Source of the DNA: Candidatus Methanofastidiosia archaeon
GTDB taxonomy: Archaea > Methanobacteriota_B > Thermococci > Methanofastidiosales > NM3
Assembly: GCA_016930445.1 (NCBI GenBank)
Contig: JAFGGT010000007.1
Span: forward strand, 1 to 36,750
Direction: 5' to 3'
Length of the DNA: 36,750 nucleotides
A model generated the notes under the pieces. That model searched no databases, was not told the origin of the DNA, and was given only the letters and a program-made list of their open reading frames with translations. Every line of letters begins with the position of its first letter. Position 1 is the stretch's first letter. Made by a program: the position numbers and the translations under genes. This document shows positions 1 through 8,661 of this stretch, in pieces.

Positions 1-53
1 CCGACAGGGACGCGACCGCAATGGCGGCACTCGACCTCATAGCTGCACTCTAA
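1..53 (+). CDS. 3' end of an S-layer protein paralog (truncated by window start)
   Basis: Frame 3 reads DRDATAMAALDLIAAL*, matching the C-terminus GSDRAATAKAALDLIHALQS* of the S-layer gene at 293-2554; followed by a T-rich terminator. Confidence 0.85.
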   Translation, partial: DRDATAMAALDLIAAL

Positions 54-63
54 AGAAAAGATC

Positions 64-91
64 TTTTATTTTTTCTTTTCTTTTATCTTTT
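64..91 (+). terminator. Archaeal oligo-T terminator
   Basis: TTTTATTTTTTCTTTTCTTTTATCTTTT just after the TAA at 51-53. Confidence 0.7.
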
Positions 92-202
92 ATTATAAAA
101 ATTGTTTATTGTATATTATGATTTTTTTCGTTTATCAACGAGTTTGATATCAGTATTTTTATAATATTCTAATAATATTAATTTTTTATTCAATCAATAT
201 TA

Positions 203-218
203 CCGAAAGCTTTATATA
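203..218 (+). promoter_or_regulatory. BRE + TATA promoter of the S-layer gene
   Basis: CCGAAAGC-TTTATATA, consensus archaeal BRE/TATA in an AT-rich intergenic region. Confidence 0.75.
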
Positions 219-292
219 TTATTGATGAGCAATACTAATTAGAGTCTACATATAGGTAGATAGCAATAACGAAAAAGTAAAAGGTGAATAAC

Positions 293-2554
293 TTGAAGTG
301 GAAGAAAATTGGCGTAGCAGTATCTGGAGCATTGTTGCTCGGATCGACCCTTTTGGGCGCGGTCGGTGCTGCTACAGCAGATGTGGACAAGGATTTCTTT
401 ATAAATCCTGAGAACGGCGAACCAATGTGCCTCATAGTGGTTGGTTCAAACGCAGCCGCTGAGGATGTCGTGTCCGCATCTTGGATCGCTGCTCAGATAG
501 GCAGTATGGCCTATTATGAGACATGGACATCAAATGTCAACTCTTACTCCCTAACATATTACGAGGAGGAAGACACTGACAATTATATCGCGAGTTCAGG
601 CATGTTCGAAGGGAACGATTACTTTGATGACTTCAGACTCAACGAGAGCCAAGTGACCCCAGACCTCGACACACCGGAATCATGGGCAGTATTGCCATTT
701 GCATGCGATGCAATAACCAACAGGGCGACCCTTCTTGCAGCAACGACCACATACAGGCCAGGCCTCTTTGATGGAATAGATGCTGAGATGCCAATCTGGG
801 ACTACGATTTATACTATGACCATAACACGGTCTTCGGCTGCGATGCTGATATATTCGTTGACACAGGATGTGCATTCGAAAGCCTTTCAGTAGACTTCTC
901 CCTAAGGGACTGGCAATGCTCACAGGAGTTCTGCATAGCCTGCACAGCCGCATGCGATCAGATGGGACTTTGGTGGTATGATGCAAACGATAACGATACT
1001 ATCGATTCAGGAGAAGTAACAGACTTTGACACTGCATTCGCTCTAGCCAATCCGGACAACCTTAGCCTTCTTGAGCCAATAGCTAGCATGCTCTCGGAAT
1101 GCCAGACATACCCGAACGTATATCCAAGGATGTACTGGGGTTCACCAGCATGGCAGGAGATATGCGATCCAATTGGCGGAATGGCATACAGGGCAGTCGT
1201 ATATGACATGTACACTGAAGTGGAATCTGAGAAGATCGTGTGGGAAGCCATAATTGGCCCAGATTCAGAGGCATACGGCGTCTGTGACATCAATGAGCCA
1301 GAACTTGTAAGCCTTTACTGCAGCTACTGTGATGTATACTTCCTTGGAGAGCACTACAATGCCTTGTCATTTGGCACAAATGAAGATGGCGTTGACTACA
1401 TGTTCTACGGCACTCCAAAGTGGTATGTCGAGGAGAAGCTGAAGGTAGGGGAGTCCAAGTCATACGGCGACTTCACGCTCACGATCAACGACCTCGGTAT
1501 CTACGAGAACAAGGCTTTCATAACTATAACTGACAACGACGGCGAGAGCCACGACTATGTAGTGGTAATCAACACCTACACTTCCAACGTACCATCCAAT
1601 GGCGATGGCGATTACGGAGGCGAATACTCAGGTGCAAACGAGGAGAATGACACGATTGCCTTTGTAGAGGAAACATGCGGGACCTCTGAAGTAGTCTTTG
1701 CAGTCAAATTCGTCAAGACCCTCATAGGCGCAGCCGGCAACTATGTTGTTGAGTACCATGCTTACAGCCTCCTGGATTGCGGATGCCTTACGGAGAAGAT
1801 ATACCCTGGCCCATGCGACACTGTGACCGATGACCTTTACAAGCCATACGTCGTCTCAAGTTGCGGCGGCGAGGACCTTGAATGGTACCTTGACATCATT
1901 CCGGCCGATATATCGGAGACAGACACTGATGGTGTGCAAGTGTTGGACCTCGACAACGATTTCGACCTTTGGACAGAGGGCAACCCCAACTTCGATGCAT
2001 CTGACGTGTTCATGCTGTACGACCCTCAGAGGGACTACTCCATGTACAACTGTGTTCCGGTCCTTGAACTATGGCTTGCAACGCCTGTAGAGCTTGCTGG
2101 AATGTGCAGCGAGAAGCTCACGATATGCCTCGACGACCTGGATGGAGAGAACTACTTCACTCTTGAAGTTACGGACAACATCCACACCGACTACAGGATA
2201 GACGGCGCAATAAAGCTGACGAAGGTAGAGGAGCTCGCACCGACCAAGTCTACTACATACGTGGACATCGACCCAACGCTGCTCGTAGCGCTTGACATGG
2301 ACGTCGAGAACGACCCAGATCTCAAGAGCCAATACAACCTCGTGCTGGTGGGCGGGCCTGTCGCCAACTCACTTGTGCAGGAGCTTGTTGACCTAGGTTT
2401 CACAACCTTCGACGAGTGGGACACATCTACAGGTGACTCAGTCCTATACGAGGATGTCTACGCGTTCGGCAAGGACGTGCTCATAGTAGCCGGTTCCGAC
2501 AGGGCAGCTACTGCCAAGGCAGCACTTGACCTGATACACGCTCTTCAATCTTAA
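293..2554 (+). CDS. S-layer protein, Methanococcales/Thermococcales type, acidic and Cys-rich
   Basis: Signal peptide MKWKKIGVAVSGALLLGSTL (TTG start 5 nt after GGTGA; ORF track starts at GTG 284); N-terminal IVVGSNAAAEDVVSA; C-terminal NLVLVGGPVANSL...LIVAGSDRAAT. Confidence 0.9.
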   Translation: MKWKKIGVAVSGALLLGSTLLGAVGAATADVDKDFFINPENGEPMCLIVVGSNAAAEDVVSASWIAAQIGSMAYYETWTSNVNSYSLTYYEEEDTDNYIASSGMFEGNDYFDDFRLNESQVTPDLDTPESWAVLPFACDAITNRATLLAATTTYRPGLFDGIDAEMPIWDYDLYYDHNTVFGCDADIFVDTGCAFESLSVDFSLRDWQCSQEFCIACTAACDQMGLWWYDANDNDTIDSGEVTDFDTAFALANPDNLSLLEPIASMLSECQTYPNVYPRMYWGSPAWQEICDPIGGMAYRAVVYDMYTEVESEKIVWEAIIGPDSEAYGVCDINEPELVSLYCSYCDVYFLGEHYNALSFGTNEDGVDYMFYGTPKWYVEEKLKVGESKSYGDFTLTINDLGIYENKAFITITDNDGESHDYVVVINTYTSNVPSNGDGDYGGEYSGANEENDTIAFVEETCGTSEVVFAVKFVKTLIGAAGNYVVEYHAYSLLDCGCLTEKIYPGPCDTVTDDLYKPYVVSSCGGEDLEWYLDIIPADISETDTDGVQVLDLDNDFDLWTEGNPNFDASDVFMLYDPQRDYSMYNCVPVLELWLATPVELAGMCSEKLTICLDDLDGENYFTLEVTDNIHTDYRIDGAIKLTKVEELAPTKSTTYVDIDPTLLVALDMDVENDPDLKSQYNLVLVGGPVANSLVQELVDLGFTTFDEWDTSTGDSVLYEDVYAFGKDVLIVAGSDRAATAKAALDLIHALQS

Positions 2555-2555
2555 A

Positions 2556-2583
2556 TTTTTTTCTTTTTTTATTATTCTTTTTA
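2556..2583 (+). terminator. Oligo-T terminator
   Basis: TTTTTTTCTTTTTTTATTATTCTTTTT after the S-layer stop. Confidence 0.7.
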
Positions 2584-2619
2584 CATAAAATATATATACA
2601 GTCTTCTTAGATTCAGTTC

Positions 2620-3978
2620 ATGAAAAAAGTGGGGTTCGCCTTACTGTTTGTCATTGCACTATCCTTATTGCCACTCTCTAGCGCAGCCCCCATAGAGATA
2701 AAATACTTCTATTCTTCGGGGTGCTCGCACTGTAAAACCACTAGTGCAATCTTGGACCAGGTCGAGGACCACTATGGGGACGTCGTGAACATTGAGAGGA
2801 TCAATATCAATGTGCCCACAAATCAGGCAATATGGGATGAGTACAAATCTCGCTACAACATAGGTGGGGTCCCAGCAATCATCATTAATGAGGATAAGAA
2901 GCTAGAGGGCGATATAAAGATCAATTATAGCGCAGTCCTTAAAGCCATCGATGAGCTCTTGGAAGGTATAGAGGTCAAGGGCGACGAGTACTATGTGGAT
3001 GGGATAGCGGCCATGGGCAACGGTAAGTTCGACACTGCGATAGATTTTTTCAACGATGCCATAGAGATCTACACAGCAGCAGAAAATCAGACAAAGATCA
3101 ATCTCTGCAATCTGAAGATCCAGAACTGCAATGATTACATCTTGGCGAGGAACAAGTTCATCGAAGCCGAGAATCTATATTTGGCTGGCGACTATGAATC
3201 CGCAAAGCTCCTATATGAGGAGATAATTCAGATATACTATGACATTGGCAATGAGTCAATGGCCTCCACCAGTGAGGTTAGGCTGCAAAACTGTAACTTT
3301 TATATCTCCTATGCTGATGCCTCCCTCGCTTTCGAGAACAAGGAGTGGGCGGCTGCGATCGAGTCGTACAATGATGCGAAGAGCTACACTTCAAAGAAGG
3401 AAACGATAGATGCGATCAATGAGTTGATATCTTTTTGCGAGACCCAGATCTCCGCCGAGGGCCTCTATGTTATGGCAGAGGAGGCATTTTCCTCTGAATC
3501 CTATATCGATGCAAAGCAGTATTACATCGATGCCTCTCTACTTTTCAGCGACGCTGACAAGATAATGGACTGCACTGCGAAAGCAGCGCTGTGCGACTCA
3601 TACATGTTGGCAAATGACACCTATGAGTATGCCATGGGCCTCTACGGGGAGGAGGATTACGAGGCTGCAATGGCCACGTTCGCAAACGCCAGGGAGCTCT
3701 ATCTGGCATTGGGAGAGGATGGGCTAGCACAGGCGTGTGATGACAGTATCGATGAGATACAATCTAAGCTGGATGAGATAGCTTACCAAAAACAGCTTGA
3801 AGATGAGGAGAGGGAACATCAGAAGAACATGAAGATGATATACATATCAGTTGCCGCCATCTCCATCATAGCGTTCTTCTCGGTTTTGATCCTATACTAT
3901 AGGAGGAGGGGAGCCCCCGCTTCTTATGAAGCCGAGTACGCCGCCGAAGACGAGGAGGAGGAAGGAGAAACCCAGTAG
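2620..3978 (+). CDS. Secreted, membrane-anchored thioredoxin-fold (CSHC) + TPR-like repeat protein
   Basis: Signal peptide; YFYSSGCSHC and GVP cis-Pro loop; repeated helical units (AENLYLAGDYESAK-type); C-terminal TM followed by RRR. Confidence 0.8.
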   Translation: MKKVGFALLFVIALSLLPLSSAAPIEIKYFYSSGCSHCKTTSAILDQVEDHYGDVVNIERININVPTNQAIWDEYKSRYNIGGVPAIIINEDKKLEGDIKINYSAVLKAIDELLEGIEVKGDEYYVDGIAAMGNGKFDTAIDFFNDAIEIYTAAENQTKINLCNLKIQNCNDYILARNKFIEAENLYLAGDYESAKLLYEEIIQIYYDIGNESMASTSEVRLQNCNFYISYADASLAFENKEWAAAIESYNDAKSYTSKKETIDAINELISFCETQISAEGLYVMAEEAFSSESYIDAKQYYIDASLLFSDADKIMDCTAKAALCDSYMLANDTYEYAMGLYGEEDYEAAMATFANARELYLALGEDGLAQACDDSIDEIQSKLDEIAYQKQLEDEEREHQKNMKMIYISVAAISIIAFFSVLILYYRRRGAPASYEAEYAAEDEEEEGETQ

Positions 3979-4833
3979 ATAGGCAGAGTCCATCTTTATG
4001 TCAAATACTATCCTATCATCTTTCATTATCTCTGTCAGTGATGTTTTGCTAACATAGAGAATGTTGGAAGATGAGCTGGATTGGGAATGGACCAGCACCG
4101 GTATCCTCTTATGGACACTCTCGATCCTGATCGACAACCAATGATGGCCTTCTATCAAGGGTACGAAGGTCATGGATATCGTCCTTTCGCCAGGTTGGAG
4201 TGTCAATGAAAGGACCTCATCCCTTCTAAGTTCCTGATTGTCTATCACAACAATCGGGGCAGACGCCATCTCGTCAATTACTAGCTCGGTCTCAATGATG
4301 CTGTCACTGTTGTTGGATATCTTCAGCTCCACCATATAGCTTTCTGACTTGGTGGCGTTGATGCTGTCCCTGGCAGCTATCTCAAGGATGTTAGTTTCGG
4401 CAACATTGCTCTTGTAAGCAACCTCTATCCTTGCCTTATAATCTAAAACGGCAATATTTAAGACATTCAACGATACGATTGTAACATCATCATATAAAAT
4501 ATTGAGGTCATGAACACCAAAGTTCATGTGGTCCAAGGTTTCCGAATCGACGATCTCCTTCGTTTCAATGTCTAGTTGCTTTATGATGACGGCTATAGTG
4601 GGTATGCATGAGAAATTTGTAGACAGCTCCTTATCACAGGCGTCCAGATTGGTGAGTTCTATGTTATATTCGTATTTTTCACCTGTAATAATGGTCTGTT
4701 CCTTGTTAAGTAGCACTTCGATCGTGCCGGTAGACTTAACGCTTGCGGCATTAATTGAGTTTGGCAGGCATAGGGAGCCTAATGCCAGCAATGCCATCAA
4801 AGAGAGGACCAACACTTTTCTGGGACGATCCAT
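3892..4833 (-). CDS. Hypothetical secreted beta-rich (Ig-like) protein with hydrophobic C-terminus
   Basis: 313-aa ORF with N-terminal signal peptide; TATA-like TTTATATT about 25 nt upstream; overlaps the 3' end of the previous gene by 87 nt. Confidence 0.65.
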   Translation of the reverse strand: MDRPRKVLVLSLMALLALGSLCLPNSINAASVKSTGTIEVLLNKEQTIITGEKYEYNIELTNLDACDKELSTNFSCIPTIAVIIKQLDIETKEIVDSETLDHMNFGVHDLNILYDDVTIVSLNVLNIAVLDYKARIEVAYKSNVAETNILEIAARDSINATKSESYMVELKISNNSDSIIETELVIDEMASAPIVVIDNQELRRDEVLSLTLQPGERTISMTFVPLIEGHHWLSIRIESVHKRIPVLVHSQSSSSSNILYVSKTSLTEIMKDDRIVFDIKMDSAYLLGFSFLLLVFGGVLGFIRSGGSPPPIV

Positions 4834-4922
4834 ACATCAAAATCATTGCCTTTAATATAAATAATTTACGTTGTTTGCAGAAAGCAAAATTGTCTTTCCG
4901 CAGACCAAAAGATTTATAAATA

Positions 4923-4955
4923 ATTGTCAACTTTTTCTCTTAGAAAGTTTACAAT
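4923..4955 (+). promoter_or_regulatory. BirA operator (bio box) upstream of bioY
   Basis: TTGTCAAC-N15-GTTTACAA, matching the BirA consensus TGT.AAC-N14/15-GTT.ACA; lies between TATA (TTTATAAA, 4913-4920) and the bioY start. Confidence 0.85.
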
Positions 4956-5525
4956 GTGATTGATGTGAAATCGACAGACCTTGCATTGAGTGCACTTTTC
5001 GCGACGCTTACCGCGGTCGGGGCATTCATTCAGATACCCTTTGTGCCCGTCCCTATTACCTTGCAGACCTTTTTCGTTTTGCTCTCAGGCCTTCTTTTAG
5101 GCGCACGCCTTGGCGCCTTCTCTCAGATCATCTACGTGCTGATGGGAGTGATAGGGCTTCCTGTCTTTGCGGGGGGTACATCGGGCATAGGCGTGGTGAC
5201 CGGCCCCACTGGCGGGTATCTGATAGGCTTCGTGGCAGGCGCATACGTCGTTGGCCTTATCGTCCAGAAGGGACTAGGTGAGAAGTATGTCCATGAGAAA
5301 AGGAAAGGTTATCTTATCAGGGATGCCATCGCCCTGGGCCTTGGCATATTTGTGATATACTTTTTCGGCATACTGCAGCTGATGAATTTTTTAGGTATAG
5401 GATTATATTCGGCAATGGAGCTAGGCGTCATACCATTCCTTTTAGGTGACCTTGTCAAGACCATACTCGCTATCAGCCTTGCTGAGAGGGTCAGAAAATC
5501 AGGGGTCCTGGGTCTGACATCCTAA
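4956..5525 (+). CDS. bioY: Biotin ECF transporter S component BioY
   Basis: VPITLQT, GLPVFAGG, GPTGGYLIGF, PFLLGD motifs; multiple TMs; BirA box upstream. Confidence 0.95.
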   Translation: MIDVKSTDLALSALFATLTAVGAFIQIPFVPVPITLQTFFVLLSGLLLGARLGAFSQIIYVLMGVIGLPVFAGGTSGIGVVTGPTGGYLIGFVAGAYVVGLIVQKGLGEKYVHEKRKGYLIRDAIALGLGIFVIYFFGILQLMNFLGIGLYSAMELGVIPFLLGDLVKTILAISLAERVRKSGVLGLTS

Positions 5526-5602
5526 ATAGTCATTGAATAAGTAGTAAAATTTATATGTAGTTCGTCAAAGGAAATTTAAAATGGCTTTGGTGGTTTTCGA
5601 CT

Positions 5603-5773
5603 ATGATGTTAACATGTCCACTATGTGATGAGGATATAGAAGCTCCTGAGATCGACGGGGAGATTTTCAAATGCCCCGTTTGTGAGGAAAAACTGCAGTC
5701 CTTCCGAATAGGCAAATTCTGGGAAGTACATAAGGCTATGGAAAGAAGATATGATGAAGATGACGATGATTGA
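5603..5773 (+). CDS. 56-aa zinc-ribbon protein (CPLC...CPVC) with acidic tail, LysW-like architecture
   Basis: Not in ORF track. MMLTCPLCDEDIEAPEIDGEIFKCPVCEEKLQSFRIGKFWEVHKAMERRYDEDDDD*; GGTGG SD at 5589-5593; stop 2 nt before the hmgA ATG. Confidence 0.85.
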   Translation: MMLTCPLCDEDIEAPEIDGEIFKCPVCEEKLQSFRIGKFWEVHKAMERRYDEDDDD

Positions 5774-5775
5774 TC

Positions 5776-7002
5776 ATGAACTATGATGACGTCATAAGGG
5801 AGTTCAAGAAAGGCAACATAAAGATGTACGCGTTGGACGGCCTTATAGGCAGCAATAAGGCGACCGAGGCCCGAAGGCATTTCCTTGAGGAGGCCGGAGG
5901 CAGGAAATATACAGAAATAGCCAATACTTCCCTAGATTTTGATAAGGTCTGTGGGAAGAACGCGGAGAACACTATTGGGGCAGCACAGATACCGATGGGA
6001 GTGATAGGCCCGCTGATGGTCAACGGCGAGTATGCCAAAGGCGAGTACTACGTTCCCCTAGCGACGAGCGAAGGAGCCCTGATAGCTTCGGCTAATCGGG
6101 GGAGTGCGGTCATTACGCAATCCGGAGGTGCAGTCGCAAGGGTCGTCGGCGACCGGATGACCAGGGCACCCCTGTTCAAGGTCCCTGACATCGACCATGC
6201 AAGGATGCTGGCCAAATGGGTCGAGGAAAACTTTGACGAGGTCAGGTCCATCTCAGACTCGCAAACTCGATTTACAAAGCTTGAATCCTTCCTACCTTTC
6301 TTTGCCGGAAGGAATCTGTTCCTAAGGTTCTCCTTTTCCACCGGCGATTCAATGGCAATGAACTCTGCCACGAAGGCCAGTGATGCCATAGCGTCATTCC
6401 TCGAGGAGAAGTTCAGCTGGGCAAAACTTGTATCCGTCTCAGGGAACATGTGCGTGGATAAAAAACCTTCAGCTGTCAATCTGGTCCTTGGCAGGGGAAA
6501 GTCCATCGTTGCCGAAGCGCTCATACCAAAGGAACTTGTGGAAACCAAGCTGAAGACAACAGCTGAGAGGATGGCCGACGTGTGCTATAGGAAGATATAT
6601 GTGGGTTCCGCCATGGCAGGGTCGCTTGGAGGTTTCAATGCCCATTTCGCTAATCTTACTGCAGCTTTCTTTGCTGCCACAGGCCAAGACCTGGCGCATG
6701 TCGTCGAGGCGGCGAACGGGCTCACAATGATGGAAGAGTCAGACGGAGACCTCTATGCCAGCGTCACTCTACCTGATGTCCCCCTGGCGACATTTGGCGC
6801 AGGCACCTCACTGCCCACTCAGAAGGAGGCCTTGGAGATACTTGGGCTATATGGGAGTGGGGAGAATCCAGGAGACAACTGTAAGGCTTTGGCCGAGATC
6901 CTTTCGTGCACAGTGCTGGCTGGGGAGCTTTCACTTATAGGTGCCTTGGCCTCGAGGGACCTTACAAAGGCGCATATGACCCTTGGAAGATCCAAGCGAT
7001 AA
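5776..7002 (+). CDS. hmgA: Class I HMG-CoA reductase (NADPH)
   Basis: ENTIG..QIP, ATSEGAL, DKKPS, GFNAH, GQD, GELSL and C-terminal His; ATG 5776 preferred over TTG 5770. Confidence 0.95.
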   Translation: MNYDDVIREFKKGNIKMYALDGLIGSNKATEARRHFLEEAGGRKYTEIANTSLDFDKVCGKNAENTIGAAQIPMGVIGPLMVNGEYAKGEYYVPLATSEGALIASANRGSAVITQSGGAVARVVGDRMTRAPLFKVPDIDHARMLAKWVEENFDEVRSISDSQTRFTKLESFLPFFAGRNLFLRFSFSTGDSMAMNSATKASDAIASFLEEKFSWAKLVSVSGNMCVDKKPSAVNLVLGRGKSIVAEALIPKELVETKLKTTAERMADVCYRKIYVGSAMAGSLGGFNAHFANLTAAFFAATGQDLAHVVEAANGLTMMEESDGDLYASVTLPDVPLATFGAGTSLPTQKEALEILGLYGSGENPGDNCKALAEILSCTVLAGELSLIGALASRDLTKAHMTLGRSKR

Positions 7003-7034
7003 ATTATAAATATTAATCATTTTCATATTATTCA

Positions 7035-8084
7035 ATGAACATTCTTTTTGTCGGCCTTTACCCTCCGCATATCGGCGGCATAGCTACGCACACGTTCAAT
7101 TTGAGGCAAAAGCTTACCGAGATGGGCCATAATGTATACGTCCTGACCTATAGGACTGACAAACCCCTTGGCAAGGACATTTTCATGGTGGACTCCTTTA
7201 CAAGGATGAGGGGCCTTTTCTTTATGAAGAATGCCCCAAAGGAGGCTGGGAGGATAATAAGGGAGCACGATATAGACATAATCCATTCACACTACCTCGC
7301 GCCTCCAGGGTACGTTGGCAGCAAGCTGACCGAGAAGTATGGCATACCGAACGTGGTGACGACACACGGCAGTGATATCAACTTCATGTACAAGGGCACC
7401 ATAGGCAGGTATCTTATCAATCTTGCCCTCAAGAGGACGAGCTATGTCATATGTGTCAGCAAGTCTTTGCAGAGGCAGATATCTGCCATCACGGACAATC
7501 CTAGTGTCCATATCCCGAATGGCGTTGATACGTCCATGTTCAAGCCTTCGGATGAAAAGAAGGAGTACGTGCTATATACGGGCGCCCTTATAGCCCAGAA
7601 GAAGGTCGGCACGATAATAGATTCACTTGCCGGGAGCGGAGAGAGGCTTGTTGTCGCAGGCGATGGCACACAGAGGCCAAAACTGGAGTGGCTTGCCCAA
7701 AAGAGGGGCCTAGAAGCCGATTTTTTAGGATATGTTACTGATGTGGAAAGGGTAATGAGAAAGGCGAAGGCCTTGGTGTTCCCGTCTTCCGAGGAGGGAT
7801 TTGGCCTTGCGGTGCTCGAGGCGATGGCAGCGGGAGTGCCAACGATAAGCAAGAGGAGCTCTACCATTGAGGAGATGGTGAAGGATAGGAAGAATGGGAT
7901 GATCTATGATGATCCTTCGGATATCCCCAGGCTGTTAAGAGAGCTAGAATCCAATAGAGACCTGAGGGAGAGCATCATAGCGGAGGGTATAAGGACGGCA
8001 TATAGGTATACATGGGACTGTGTCGCCAAAAGGACCTCTGAACTCTACAGTAAGGTGTTGGGTAGTCAGCATGATAATATCTAA
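7035..8084 (+). CDS. GT4 (GT-B fold) glycosyltransferase
   Basis: YPPHIGG, THGSD, IPNGVD, EGFGLAVLEAMAAG motifs. Confidence 0.92.
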   Translation: MNILFVGLYPPHIGGIATHTFNLRQKLTEMGHNVYVLTYRTDKPLGKDIFMVDSFTRMRGLFFMKNAPKEAGRIIREHDIDIIHSHYLAPPGYVGSKLTEKYGIPNVVTTHGSDINFMYKGTIGRYLINLALKRTSYVICVSKSLQRQISAITDNPSVHIPNGVDTSMFKPSDEKKEYVLYTGALIAQKKVGTIIDSLAGSGERLVVAGDGTQRPKLEWLAQKRGLEADFLGYVTDVERVMRKAKALVFPSSEEGFGLAVLEAMAAGVPTISKRSSTIEEMVKDRKNGMIYDDPSDIPRLLRELESNRDLRESIIAEGIRTAYRYTWDCVAKRTSELYSKVLGSQHDNI

Positions 8085-8661
8085 GAGCTTCAAACATGGG
8101 TGGTACTACTGGTTCAGATACGACAGGCAGAAGATAATAGATCACTTTAGGAACATTATCAAAGATCCAATTTTGGACTATTTCGACGCGATCGATGACT
8201 GTCCGCACATCTACTTTTGCCAGGAGCCCAGGGCATCATCTCTCAGAAGCCCAAGGCTTTATGTAACGAGGATAAGGCACCCGATAACGAAGTTCACCGA
8301 ATACGGAAAAAAGGTGTACAAGGATAGGTATTCCTCAAATCATTCCAGGGTTGAGATGTTCCTATTGGAAAATGACATGGATTCCGTTGCCGTAGAGGTG
8401 CCTGTATGGTTCGAGGAGGACGAATCGACAGAGCATGGCTTCGACTATCCACTGACAGGCCATATAGACCTTCTTCGTCTGACAGATAAAATAGAGATAT
8501 GGGACTATAAACCAAAGGCGGACAAGGAATTATACGCCTCGACCCAGGTGTATTGGTACTCTAGGATGCTTTCCAGCAGATTGGGACTGCCATTGGACGA
8601 GTTCAGATGCGGTTATTTTGATGAGGACAGCTGCTATCTTGTTGACATAAGGTCTCTATGA
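8071..8661 (+). CDS. PD-(D/E)XK nuclease superfamily protein
   Basis: EVPVW...LTGHIDLL...IWDYKP...QVYWY (RecB-like motifs); ATG 8071 overlaps the end of the GT gene. Confidence 0.75.
   Translation: MIISKSFKHGWYYWFRYDRQKIIDHFRNIIKDPILDYFDAIDDCPHIYFCQEPRASSLRSPRLYVTRIRHPITKFTEYGKKVYKDRYSSNHSRVEMFLLENDMDSVAVEVPVWFEEDESTEHGFDYPLTGHIDLLRLTDKIEIWDYKPKADKELYASTQVYWYSRMLSSRLGLPLDEFRCGYFDEDSCYLVDIRSL

Noticed and set aside
54-283. Very AT-rich spacer as a CRISPR leader or replication origin
   Set aside because: No repeat-spacer array, ORB boxes or cdc6; explained by a terminator plus promoter
910-960. CSQEFCIACTAAC as a ferredoxin 4Fe-4S motif
   Set aside because: Spacing is not CxxCxxCxxxCP and it lies in a Sec-exported S-layer protein; disulfides are more plausible
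5603-5773. Calling the small Zn-ribbon protein lysW
   Set aside because: It lacks the C-terminal EDWGE and no lysX/argX genes are nearby
8071-8661. Nuclease as Cas4 or a restriction enzyme
   Set aside because: No Cas4 C-terminal cysteine cluster, no cas genes or array, no methyltransferase
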